Source of the DNA: a virus
Lineage: Duplodnaviria; Caudoviricetes
IMG/VR virus record: IMGVR_UViG_3300032288_002536
Location: 1-56,422 of that record
Reading direction: 5' to 3' (one strand)
DNA length: 56,422 nucleotides
Below are positions 9,456 to 18,738 of the stretch, piece by piece (positions within the stretch are counted from its first letter, which is position 1; every line of letters starts with the position of its first letter). Both the position numbers and the translations under genes were made by a program. The notes beneath the pieces were generated by a model. That model saw nothing but the letters and a program-made list of their open reading frames with translations, was not told the DNA's origin and did not search any database.

Positions 9456-12400
9456 GTGGCAAGGAAGATAATAAAACAGAATTCATCATTTGGGGTTCTA
9501 AGAGCAAATCCAAGGATATCGGGAAATGTAAAAATAACCGTAGATTCCAATAGTGATATATGGCTTAATTCCATAGATTCAAATCCTGAGATGTCTAATA
9601 GCTCGTATAAAGCTTTTAGAATATCTCCAGATACTTCTTATGATAAGGATCTTTATAAATTTTTTAAAGACGGATCAACTCCGTCCCAATTTGTTTTTGG
9701 ACTAGTTGGAGAGGGAACGCCAGTACAGAATCAAATAAAAGATATAACACAGACCTATAATTTTTTCTATAGTGCAGGTGTTTCACCTCTAATTTCTGAT
9801 AGGTATTCAGAGGATTTCTCATATCTTGCTCCTTTTTGGCTAGGAGAAGATATACCGGATCATTTTGTCATATTTAAAATTAATGATCCGATTGATTATT
9901 CATATAAAGTTCCAGTAACTTCACTGAATATTGGAAACACTTACAAGGTTCTACAGGATACATCTGTAGACACTCAGGATCCTAACTATTTACCTTTCCA
10001 AATATCTAGTGGTACTCAAACTTATAGCGATGGAAATGTATTCACTGCAACAACATCTACATTTACTGTTGTACAAGGACAAGGTGAAGTTATACTTTTA
10101 GATCCTCTTTATAATTTAGATAAGGTAGAAAACACAGCGGATCATTTTTACGATAAGATACTTCCTAAATCTACTGTAGTCGCAAGTTTTGATCTCACTG
10201 AAGATTCTAAAATTGGAAAGTATTTAAGAAAAATAAAGACCAATCCGGGATACACGGATAGTTTAATAGATGTAAGATTTGAGGATAATCAGTTAACAAC
10301 ATTTAATGGTGTTAATTATTCGGTTGGGATCTTTGATAAAAAAGGAGACTTTTTAATAGATTATTATAAAAATCCAGACACGCAAATAGGATTTGAAGGT
10401 TTCATAACCGACGGATTTAGAAACAACGGTATTATAAGCTACAAACTTCTAAACCTTGAATTTTTATTCAACGATAATGATTCAGAAAATTATACTATAA
10501 ATAGATACTTCGGACTTTATGTTAATGCCCCGGAGATAGCTAAATTTAAATTAGACGGGGATTCATTATATAAAAGTGCAGGATCATCAGGAAATACTCC
10601 AATACCAGAAAAAAACAACAAGGGATATTATTATCAAGAGACAACATATTTTCAGTATAATGATAACGGAGTAAGACTTTACATAGATCCCGAAAAAATA
10701 ACTGGTATAATACCAAATTCTGATAATGTAAATATCGACGAGAATAATAAGTTATTTTGGATCAAGGATAAGAATGGAAAATTTCATTCATTAAAGCGTG
10801 ATGAGAATTATGACCTAACTTCTCCTACCCCGTTATATTCTACTTATGGAACATCTGGATACGAAAATGAAATAGTAATACAGGATACATCGGTAGATTT
10901 ATCAATATTTACTGGTAAAGATGTAGGTACCAAAAAACAATATCCAGGGGTAACTACAGGAGAGAAAGGGAGAGCATATAGTGTTATTAGAATAAATAGC
11001 GAATTAGATAATACTAGTGAAAATGCTTTTATATTTTATAATCCATTAGGTTATTATGGATCCCCCGGATACAAATATGACATAATAAAGGCTTCAGATC
11101 TTTCCCTTTCGATAGATGAATGGGGACCCGGAAGTTTTTATGCACAGGATAATGCTTATTATTACCATCCTTTTGGAACTAATGAGGACATAGCAAAAGC
11201 TATTGCTGGTATATTTAACAGCTTTAATTATAATTCTTTCGAAGCTTTTCAATCTGGCGATGAGGTAGTTATAAGAACAAATGCTACTGGAATCAAAGAA
11301 AATCAAAAATATCATTTAGATTTCTTTCAAGATTTTACATCGTTCCAAAGAATGCCAGATGCAAACAGAGGAATGGTATTCATAAACGAAAAGGATGTAT
11401 GTGATATAAATCAGAGACAATCTTTCGTAGGTGGATCTAATTATGCTAATACAAGAATCAAGGTTAAACTCGAAGACGGTAATAAAATAATACCAGGTAC
11501 TACCTTTATAGAAACTATAAAAAATACATCCACTGATTCCTTTAGTAATATCCCTGAATATTCTAATAGATCTTCTTCTGTAGTTGTTGGTAAATATAGG
11601 TTTGTCGATCAATATGCTAAGGACGAAAATGGGGATGTAATTGGATTAAGGGATTTCGAAACACACGTAACATTAGAAATAGCTAATTTTACTGAATCAA
11701 TAGCATTTGGTTCCGCCGGATCTATATCAGCATTTAATACTTATAATATACCTTTAGGGATATTTTCTTTCTATGGTGTGAGAGAAATAGATATGGATTT
11801 CTGGTACAGCCAGTATGGATATACACCAACTCAGGAATATTATAAATATCTAGATGTTCAGCCAGAAGGGGTAACTAAGATAATCCCTGGTAAGACTTAT
11901 TTTGCTTCCACTGGATCATTTATTATCTATAATGGATTTAATATAACAGGTCCAGATTTCTTTGAAGGTATAGTGGGGGAGGAACAATATTTATTAGTTA
12001 CCGGATCATCTAATGCAGAATCCAATGTGTTTCCTACCATATCATCTAGGGGTAATATAACTACAGGAGTAACCCCTAGTAATTTCGATTATTCCTTCTA
12101 TCCAGATTTGGATTCTTTTCCGGGATTTTACGGAATACAATCTCTGGAATTTATAGACAATCAAGTTGGTATAGATACGAAGTTTAAGCAGTTAAATTTC
12201 GGAAAGCTTGATTCCGAATATGATTATACCAAAGATAATTACAATCCAGATTATGCTACGAATAGTAGGGTTAATCCTTACATATCTAAATGGGTATATC
12301 GGGGAGGTACTGATGTTAGAGGAAATGGATATAGACTGAATGCTAATCTAGCATTTAATCCGTTGAATTTTTCTCCTAGCTTTTTTAGAAGAAGTCAGGA

Positions 12401-15062
12401 TCCTCAGTATTTTACTCATGAGTGGTATCAATTACAGAAACCACCTTATTCATTACCAGAAGAAAATTTACACATAGATAAGAGTTATCTTTCTTCTGAG
12501 TTGGATGAGGCTTTATTAACTGATGCAAATCCAGCATTAAGAGATTATTTCTTGGATTATTTTTCTGTAGAGGGAGAGGATTTAAATGTTTACTATCCTG
12601 GAAGTCAAACTATAAACAATATAGATTTATCTGAAAGATATTCGGTTTTTGATTTTAATAGTTCTAGTGGATTCTCTGAAACATTATTTAGAGGTGCTAA
12701 AGTTAGAATAAAAAGAACTTTTACTGATTATGCTCAGGGTGAATCTATTAAGTATATTGAGGACGATAGATTTTATGACGATTATAAATTCTCTTGTGTA
12801 ATAGTTCCTGTAAGAAATATAATAGACGAAATACAAACCCCTATAAAAATAAAGGTTTTAGAGAATCGTACTTTTAAGAATATAACATTTGTTGTTGAGG
12901 TTTTAATAGAAGATGCTAGGGTATTAAATTTCGAAGATATTAGTCCAGAAAACCAATACCTAGATCTAGATTACTTCTTGCTCTACTCGTTAAAGGATAA
13001 ACTTGATAGCCAGTATTTTTCAACAACACCAACATCTTGGCTTCCTGGTGGATCAGTTGAACTTCCTAAGATAGGAGATGTTAAACTTTCTTCCGCTTTA
13101 AATATAACGCTAACTCCAACATCCCAGGGATTATTCTCTGCTGTTAATGGAGGTACTAATGGGACAGAGGGGGAAATTTATATAATACCAAATCCGGATT
13201 ATGAAACTGATCTAAGGGACGAGATAGGATTTACTTATCTTCCTAGTGTACAGCCATCTCCAGGAGGTCCTAATTCGAATAGTCCAGGATCCTTTTATGG
13301 GATTTTTGGACCACCCCCATATAACTATAATTTGCCTTTCCCTACCGGAGTTGGACAGGATGTAATAAACTTTACTAATACTGGGCCAGATTATACTTTT
13401 GACTTCTCTGATCTTGGTATACCTGGACCTATAAATATACCTACAATAGCAAACTTTAGTACAGTTTCTAATATTCCTATATACCAGAGGGAAGGAGGAG
13501 TAGGATATTGGGGAAATATATTAGAAAAATTATCATTTGCTAATTTATCTCTTTGGATTAATACCGGATATCCTTATATAGACTATATTACTTACGAATG
13601 GGATTCTGTAAACAAAACAACTAATATACTTAATGATCAGTTTGTTTTAGAATTTATAAGACCATCTTTCTTTGAGCAAGAGGCAGTTATAGTTCCTGTG
13701 GAGATAACTGATAAGCCACAAGAACTTAGTGTATTTAATATTGGTTATACAACCGAGGATATAGAAGGAAGCAGCGAACTTTATAGGTATAGTGGAGAGT
13801 ATGTACCAAGCTTTAGGGAGATATTAAAGTTCCAGGATGTAAAATATGATATCCCTTATTGGGTTACTCCTAACTCATATACTTTTTATGTAAAAATAGT
13901 TGAAAAGAGTATTAGTTCTAATACCTATGATATAGGATCTAATTATTGTATAGAAATAGATGGGGTATCTCAAGATGAAATAAATTTGATTAAGGGGGTA
14001 ACATATTACTTTGATCTTAGCGATTCTAGTAACACCGGATATCAGATATATTTCTCTCTATCAAATATTGGAAATAGCATATCTACTGATTCGTTATCAC
14101 AGGGATACACATTAATTGGAACTCCTGGTAGCATTGGATCATCTGTTCGATTTGATGTTCCTTATGATTTTCCGGACAATGTTTATTATGTAAGTGAGGG
14201 AGGAAAATATATGGGTGGCAATATTAAAAATATAGACCCTATAGAATATTCGTACTGCTCATTTGGCCCGGATAGAGATGGATTTGGGGTTTCTAAAAAT
14301 CTTAATTATTACAAATATTCACCACAGTGGATATTCAGAATAGGTCAGAATTCTCCTTACAATCCAGCTTATAATCTTATAGGAGAATCTCCGGTAGATA
14401 AGAGAGATCTTTCTATATTTGAAAGCTCATGGGATCCAGGATTTTATAGAGAATATTCAGGACCTACTGGATATGCTAGTTTGCCAGGAACTAGAAGCAT
14501 GAAGGAGGAAAGATCTTTCTTTGGTAGCAAGTTTATGCAGACACCAGATACTATAAATTCTCAAAAGCAGTTGGTTTATCCACAATCTGTTGTAAATGTA
14601 TTAAATGTAAATTATGATAACTATCCTAATTACGAAATACTATGGGAGGAGACCTCTACTGAACTAAGGGGGGTTTTATTAATGGATAGAATGTTGAATC
14701 GATATTTTTTAGAAAATGGAGGAAAAAAATCATTTGACCAATTTATAATCCCGGAATTTGGTTTCGGTAGCCTTACCGATGTTGATGACGATTTTAAAGA
14801 ATATATGAGGCAGAATATATTAGCAATATTCCAATCAAAAAACAATGGGGGGTATTTAAAAAAGATTCCCGTATCACAAAACGAAACTCTTATCCCAGTT
14901 ATTGGAGACCTGGCAGATTATCAAAAACTAATAAATGGATATTTTAGATCCCCTGAGATTAGATATACTAAAGTTAATGAGCTAAGATTTGAGTTTAGAG
15001 TTCCTAAAGATCCATCATTCAATTATTCAGTTTGCTTTTCTATCGAAATAGGAAAAATTTAA
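9456..15062 (+). CDS. Very large putative virion/baseplate protein (GTG start)
   Basis: 1868-aa ORF; contains a GVTYYFDLSDSSN...GTPGS...YY...MG module of the type seen in myovirus structural proteins. Confidence 0.55.
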   Translation: MARKIIKQNSSFGVLRANPRISGNVKITVDSNSDIWLNSIDSNPEMSNSSYKAFRISPDTSYDKDLYKFFKDGSTPSQFVFGLVGEGTPVQNQIKDITQTYNFFYSAGVSPLISDRYSEDFSYLAPFWLGEDIPDHFVIFKINDPIDYSYKVPVTSLNIGNTYKVLQDTSVDTQDPNYLPFQISSGTQTYSDGNVFTATTSTFTVVQGQGEVILLDPLYNLDKVENTADHFYDKILPKSTVVASFDLTEDSKIGKYLRKIKTNPGYTDSLIDVRFEDNQLTTFNGVNYSVGIFDKKGDFLIDYYKNPDTQIGFEGFITDGFRNNGIISYKLLNLEFLFNDNDSENYTINRYFGLYVNAPEIAKFKLDGDSLYKSAGSSGNTPIPEKNNKGYYYQETTYFQYNDNGVRLYIDPEKITGIIPNSDNVNIDENNKLFWIKDKNGKFHSLKRDENYDLTSPTPLYSTYGTSGYENEIVIQDTSVDLSIFTGKDVGTKKQYPGVTTGEKGRAYSVIRINSELDNTSENAFIFYNPLGYYGSPGYKYDIIKASDLSLSIDEWGPGSFYAQDNAYYYHPFGTNEDIAKAIAGIFNSFNYNSFEAFQSGDEVVIRTNATGIKENQKYHLDFFQDFTSFQRMPDANRGMVFINEKDVCDINQRQSFVGGSNYANTRIKVKLEDGNKIIPGTTFIETIKNTSTDSFSNIPEYSNRSSSVVVGKYRFVDQYAKDENGDVIGLRDFETHVTLEIANFTESIAFGSAGSISAFNTYNIPLGIFSFYGVREIDMDFWYSQYGYTPTQEYYKYLDVQPEGVTKIIPGKTYFASTGSFIIYNGFNITGPDFFEGIVGEEQYLLVTGSSNAESNVFPTISSRGNITTGVTPSNFDYSFYPDLDSFPGFYGIQSLEFIDNQVGIDTKFKQLNFGKLDSEYDYTKDNYNPDYATNSRVNPYISKWVYRGGTDVRGNGYRLNANLAFNPLNFSPSFFRRSQDPQYFTHEWYQLQKPPYSLPEENLHIDKSYLSSELDEALLTDANPALRDYFLDYFSVEGEDLNVYYPGSQTINNIDLSERYSVFDFNSSSGFSETLFRGAKVRIKRTFTDYAQGESIKYIEDDRFYDDYKFSCVIVPVRNIIDEIQTPIKIKVLENRTFKNITFVVEVLIEDARVLNFEDISPENQYLDLDYFLLYSLKDKLDSQYFSTTPTSWLPGGSVELPKIGDVKLSSALNITLTPTSQGLFSAVNGGTNGTEGEIYIIPNPDYETDLRDEIGFTYLPSVQPSPGGPNSNSPGSFYGIFGPPPYNYNLPFPTGVGQDVINFTNTGPDYTFDFSDLGIPGPINIPTIANFSTVSNIPIYQREGGVGYWGNILEKLSFANLSLWINTGYPYIDYITYEWDSVNKTTNILNDQFVLEFIRPSFFEQEAVIVPVEITDKPQELSVFNIGYTTEDIEGSSELYRYSGEYVPSFREILKFQDVKYDIPYWVTPNSYTFYVKIVEKSISSNTYDIGSNYCIEIDGVSQDEINLIKGVTYYFDLSDSSNTGYQIYFSLSNIGNSISTDSLSQGYTLIGTPGSIGSSVRFDVPYDFPDNVYYVSEGGKYMGGNIKNIDPIEYSYCSFGPDRDGFGVSKNLNYYKYSPQWIFRIGQNSPYNPAYNLIGESPVDKRDLSIFESSWDPGFYREYSGPTGYASLPGTRSMKEERSFFGSKFMQTPDTINSQKQLVYPQSVVNVLNVNYDNYPNYEILWEETSTELRGVLLMDRMLNRYFLENGGKKSFDQFIIPEFGFGSLTDVDDDFKEYMRQNILAIFQSKNNGGYLKKIPVSQNETLIPVIGDLADYQKLINGYFRSPEIRYTKVNELRFEFRVPKDPSFNYSVCFSIEIGKI

Positions 15063-15079
15063 TGAAGGGATGAATTTTT

Positions 15080-15087
15080 GATATATA
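15080..15087 (+). promoter_or_regulatory. Putative late promoter GATATATA
   Basis: Motif in intergenic gap before fibre gene. Confidence 0.65.
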
Positions 15088-15105
15088 ATACAACTACAAT
15101 AAGAG

Positions 15106-17733
15106 ATGCCACAGATTAATATATTAAACATTTTACAGGGAGACAGTCAATCCAATATAGTTGATAAAATCAATTATAATTTTGATCAGATCCTTAGTGC
15201 AGGAGGAGGACCTCAAGGAGCACAAGGTATAATAGGTCCAACTGGACCGATAGGACCTCAAGGACCCCAGGGAGTTCAAGGAGCACAAGGACCTTCGGGT
15301 ACTAAATGGTTTGTACAAAATACCCCTCCTGCTTCTGGTGGTATCTCTGGGTCTAATCCTTGGAGCTTCCCTACCATAGGTGACTATTGGCTTGATCCCA
15401 ATTCTTCTAATCAGGACATTTATGTATTCGGATCTACTGGTTGGATTAATAGCGGATATGGATTGGATGCTGGGAGTTTATTTCAAAAGATAACACCGAT
15501 AGATCTTATAGGAAGTACGACTGGTGAAGCGATTCTTTTTGCAGGTGCAACAGCATCAGATAAAACATTAGTCCTTTCTGATTCATCTATAAATGATTAT
15601 ACACCGGGGGGAACTGCTATACAGAATATTAATTACGAGGATTCTAAACTTAAAATAGCAACAAGGGATTCTAGAACAAAGCTGATATCATTCAGTAGAT
15701 CTGAATATGATACTAGTTCTGGCGGATCTGGATCCACTGGTAGTGTATTTAACCCGTATTTTTCTTGGAATCTGACATCAAATCCTTCTGGCCCTACTTC
15801 TATAGGACCTGGATTTTATGATATTAGTTTTATAAACCCGAAGGGATCTATTACGATATCTTCTGCTGGATCTACTGCAGAATCAGGAGTAAATATAAAC
15901 AGCAACAGCGAAGTAAGTGCACAATCTACTTCAGATAACATAATACTTAAGACTTCGTCAATAAACAAAGGAACTTTCATTGATGCTAGTTCTAATGGAG
16001 GATTCCTTGAATTATCTAATAATTCAACTACCCCATCAAACCAGGCCTTAGCCCCATTGTTTGCTAATTCTACTGGTATGGGTCTTGGCCTTGGTACTGG
16101 ACAATTTGAACAAACTAGTCCTACCGGTGCTAGAAGATTGGCTGTTAATGGAAACGTAAGCATTGGAACAGGAACATCCCCGCATACTTCTTCTTTATTT
16201 GTTGGACAATCAGGAACTCCTAACTATAATCAGGGTGTATTATTTGTTTCTGGACACTCCCTGTTCGGACATACAAATCCGACTGGAGATAATTCAGGAG
16301 GTATACAAACAACAGGACCAGCAGAAGCTCAGGGAAGATTTCCTCAGTTATTTGTAACATCACCTAACTATGGACCGGGTATACAGGTAAAAACGAAAGG
16401 GATTAATTATTCACCTAGAACAATAATAGGAGATGGTGTTTTCGATGGATCTGGAACTGGTCCTAGCATAACTCAGGAATTTTTTGCTGGTACTGGATAC
16501 TCTTTTGTATTTAATAATCCATTAATAAGCTACAATCATAAAATATCCAACATATCTAACTCAGGAGCTTCTGGTCCTGTTTTTTCTATAACAACATTTA
16601 CAAATAGCGGAACTTATAATTATTCAAGCGCTGCTTTTAGAACTCTTATAGAGACAAAAAATTCTAATAAGAGACTTGATATATTCACTAATGGAACAGG
16701 AGGATCGAATACCATTACGATGGGGGTTTTAAACTCTTCTCTACTATCTATTTATGGAGCTTCCGGAAGTACATCTGGTGGTGTTTCAATTGGGATTAAT
16801 TCAAACTTGTCACCCACGCTATCTGCTTTAACTGGAGCTACCTTTACTGCAAATAATAGGGCTAACCACAGTTTATATGTTACCGGAGTACAAACTATAG
16901 GAACTTCTGAGTCCAGGTCCCTATTTAACCTCGGAGCAACTAATACTAATGCGCTTATTGGAGGTCACTCCATGCTTAAGGTTTCTAGAAATCTATATTC
17001 AACAACTGTCCCGGCAGGAAAGGGAAGTGATGCTGCAGGATTTTCTGTTAATAATTATCCTAATGGTATAGAGGTTACTTCATATATACCCTCTTCGGCC
17101 TCTACAGCACCTAATGCTAATAATTCAGTTGCAATAGCAGTAGGTGCAACTACTTATTTAAACGGAGGAACAGCTGGAACAGCTGGAACAACTGGATTCT
17201 TCGTTAGTAATTCAGGAGAAAATATATCAATAGGGCAAGCTATTGATTCAAGTGCTGCTATTGGGGTATCAGGAGCTGGTAGTGACTTTGCTATTAAAGC
17301 AAAAGGAAATGTGGGGGTAACTGGTGATGTGGGAGTAACTGGTGATGTTAGAATTGTCGGAAATACTACATTCGGCGTAGGAACACCTTTTTCTGTTATG
17401 TATACAGGGAAAATAAGAATGACAAAAACTGGAACAACAACAGGGTCTGTTAGTGTTTTACACGGAACAGATTATGCTGGTAATCCATTAACAGTAACAG
17501 GTAGTTATAATTCTACAACAGTATTTGCAGTTGTTAATTTTCCTACCCCTATGCCTAACAGTAATATTTTAGTAGTCTGTAGCATAGACAGTACAGCTTC
17601 TTCCCATTATGCCTGGACAGTACTGTGTAATAGCAGGAGCACTACCTCCATAGGACTTATTTGTCTACAACCAAGTGCTGCCCCTTGGAATTCTGGTTCA
17701 GTTGATGCGAGTTTTATAGCATATTGTTTATAA
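15106..17733 (+). CDS. Tail fibre-like protein with short collagen-like segment
   Basis: N-terminal GDSQSNIVDKINYNFDQI; GPQGAQGIIGPTGPIGPQ collagen triplets; GDVGVT repeats; G/S/T-rich; C-terminal lectin-like VNFPTPM domain. Confidence 0.7.
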   Translation: MPQINILNILQGDSQSNIVDKINYNFDQILSAGGGPQGAQGIIGPTGPIGPQGPQGVQGAQGPSGTKWFVQNTPPASGGISGSNPWSFPTIGDYWLDPNSSNQDIYVFGSTGWINSGYGLDAGSLFQKITPIDLIGSTTGEAILFAGATASDKTLVLSDSSINDYTPGGTAIQNINYEDSKLKIATRDSRTKLISFSRSEYDTSSGGSGSTGSVFNPYFSWNLTSNPSGPTSIGPGFYDISFINPKGSITISSAGSTAESGVNINSNSEVSAQSTSDNIILKTSSINKGTFIDASSNGGFLELSNNSTTPSNQALAPLFANSTGMGLGLGTGQFEQTSPTGARRLAVNGNVSIGTGTSPHTSSLFVGQSGTPNYNQGVLFVSGHSLFGHTNPTGDNSGGIQTTGPAEAQGRFPQLFVTSPNYGPGIQVKTKGINYSPRTIIGDGVFDGSGTGPSITQEFFAGTGYSFVFNNPLISYNHKISNISNSGASGPVFSITTFTNSGTYNYSSAAFRTLIETKNSNKRLDIFTNGTGGSNTITMGVLNSSLLSIYGASGSTSGGVSIGINSNLSPTLSALTGATFTANNRANHSLYVTGVQTIGTSESRSLFNLGATNTNALIGGHSMLKVSRNLYSTTVPAGKGSDAAGFSVNNYPNGIEVTSYIPSSASTAPNANNSVAIAVGATTYLNGGTAGTAGTTGFFVSNSGENISIGQAIDSSAAIGVSGAGSDFAIKAKGNVGVTGDVGVTGDVRIVGNTTFGVGTPFSVMYTGKIRMTKTGTTTGSVSVLHGTDYAGNPLTVTGSYNSTTVFAVVNFPTPMPNSNILVVCSIDSTASSHYAWTVLCNSRSTTSIGLICLQPSAAPWNSGSVDASFIAYCL

Positions 17734-17745
17734 TAATTAATTTAA

Positions 17746-17952
17746 GTGGATAGAAACTGGTTCATACAAAAATATTCTGATATACACTATGATCTTAATA
17801 GATTGGAGTCGGAAATAGAAGAGCATTTAAAAAATAAAAAGGATCTACTCGAAAGCGACGAAAAGCTAGAGGATCTAAAAAGAAGAACTATAGAAACTAT
17901 AGAACTTCTAAATAAGACAAGAGATGATGAAAGAAAAATTTTCAATTACTGA
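17746..17952 (+). CDS. Small coiled-coil hypothetical protein
   Basis: 68-aa ORF overlapping the next gene's start. Confidence 0.55.
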   Translation: MDRNWFIQKYSDIHYDLNRLESEIEEHLKNKKDLLESDEKLEDLKRRTIETIELLNKTRDDERKIFNY

Positions 17953-18724
17953 ACTTAAAAAAAGAAAGGATATTTTACTTCTTGTAGCCATTGCTATATT
18001 GTGTATTTTATTGTTTAAACAGTGTGACAGCAACGCAGATCTTAAATCCCAATTGTACATACAGAATGAAAATTTAGATGCGTTAAAAGACACTGTACGA
18101 CTCCAAAAGAACAAAGCTGGTGAAGCTACTTACGTTAAGAAAACCCTATTGGCCGACAAGAAAACATTAGAGAAGCTTAATAAAGATCTGAAGGAAGAAT
18201 TAGATAAGCAAAAGGGACAGGTAATAGTTATAGAAAGAGTTGTAACAGAGACTGAAGTTGATACTCATTATGTAAATAATTATTTAACTGCATACGGTAA
18301 TAATAAGTTTAGTTTAGATTGGAAATACGATAGCATATTTTCACCAGATAATTATAGAAAGTTTTCTGGTAATAGCTTCTTTACTGTAGACACAATAAAC
18401 AATAAAGTTGTACCAGGAAAAACTAGAATAAACGAGGATGAATTAGGATTTTCATTTGTTACTGGATTAAGGGAGAAAGATAAATCCCTAGAAATATTCG
18501 TAACCCCTAACTATCCAGGAATGAAGATTACAAAAATAGATGGAGCGGTAATAGATCCTAGCAAATCTGAGGTACTAAAGAAAATGTTTCCTAATAAGAA
18601 ATTCTCATTTGGTCCTTATGTTGGAGTTGGAATTGGAGCTGGATATGGATTAAACGGAAACCCTATAGCAGGACCGGTATTCAATATTGGATTTGGTCTT
18701 CAATATTCCCTCATTAAATTTTAA
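17924..18724 (+). CDS. Membrane-anchored coiled-coil protein with C-terminal amphipathic beta-strands, possible spanin-like lysis protein
   Basis: N-terminal hydrophobic helix ILLLVAIAILCILLFKQC, coiled coil, terminal GPYVGVGIGAGY...FNIGFGLQYSLIKF. Confidence 0.5.
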   Translation: MMKEKFSITELKKRKDILLLVAIAILCILLFKQCDSNADLKSQLYIQNENLDALKDTVRLQKNKAGEATYVKKTLLADKKTLEKLNKDLKEELDKQKGQVIVIERVVTETEVDTHYVNNYLTAYGNNKFSLDWKYDSIFSPDNYRKFSGNSFFTVDTINNKVVPGKTRINEDELGFSFVTGLREKDKSLEIFVTPNYPGMKITKIDGAVIDPSKSEVLKKMFPNKKFSFGPYVGVGIGAGYGLNGNPIAGPVFNIGFGLQYSLIKF

Positions 18725-18738
18725 GGAATATATAAACC

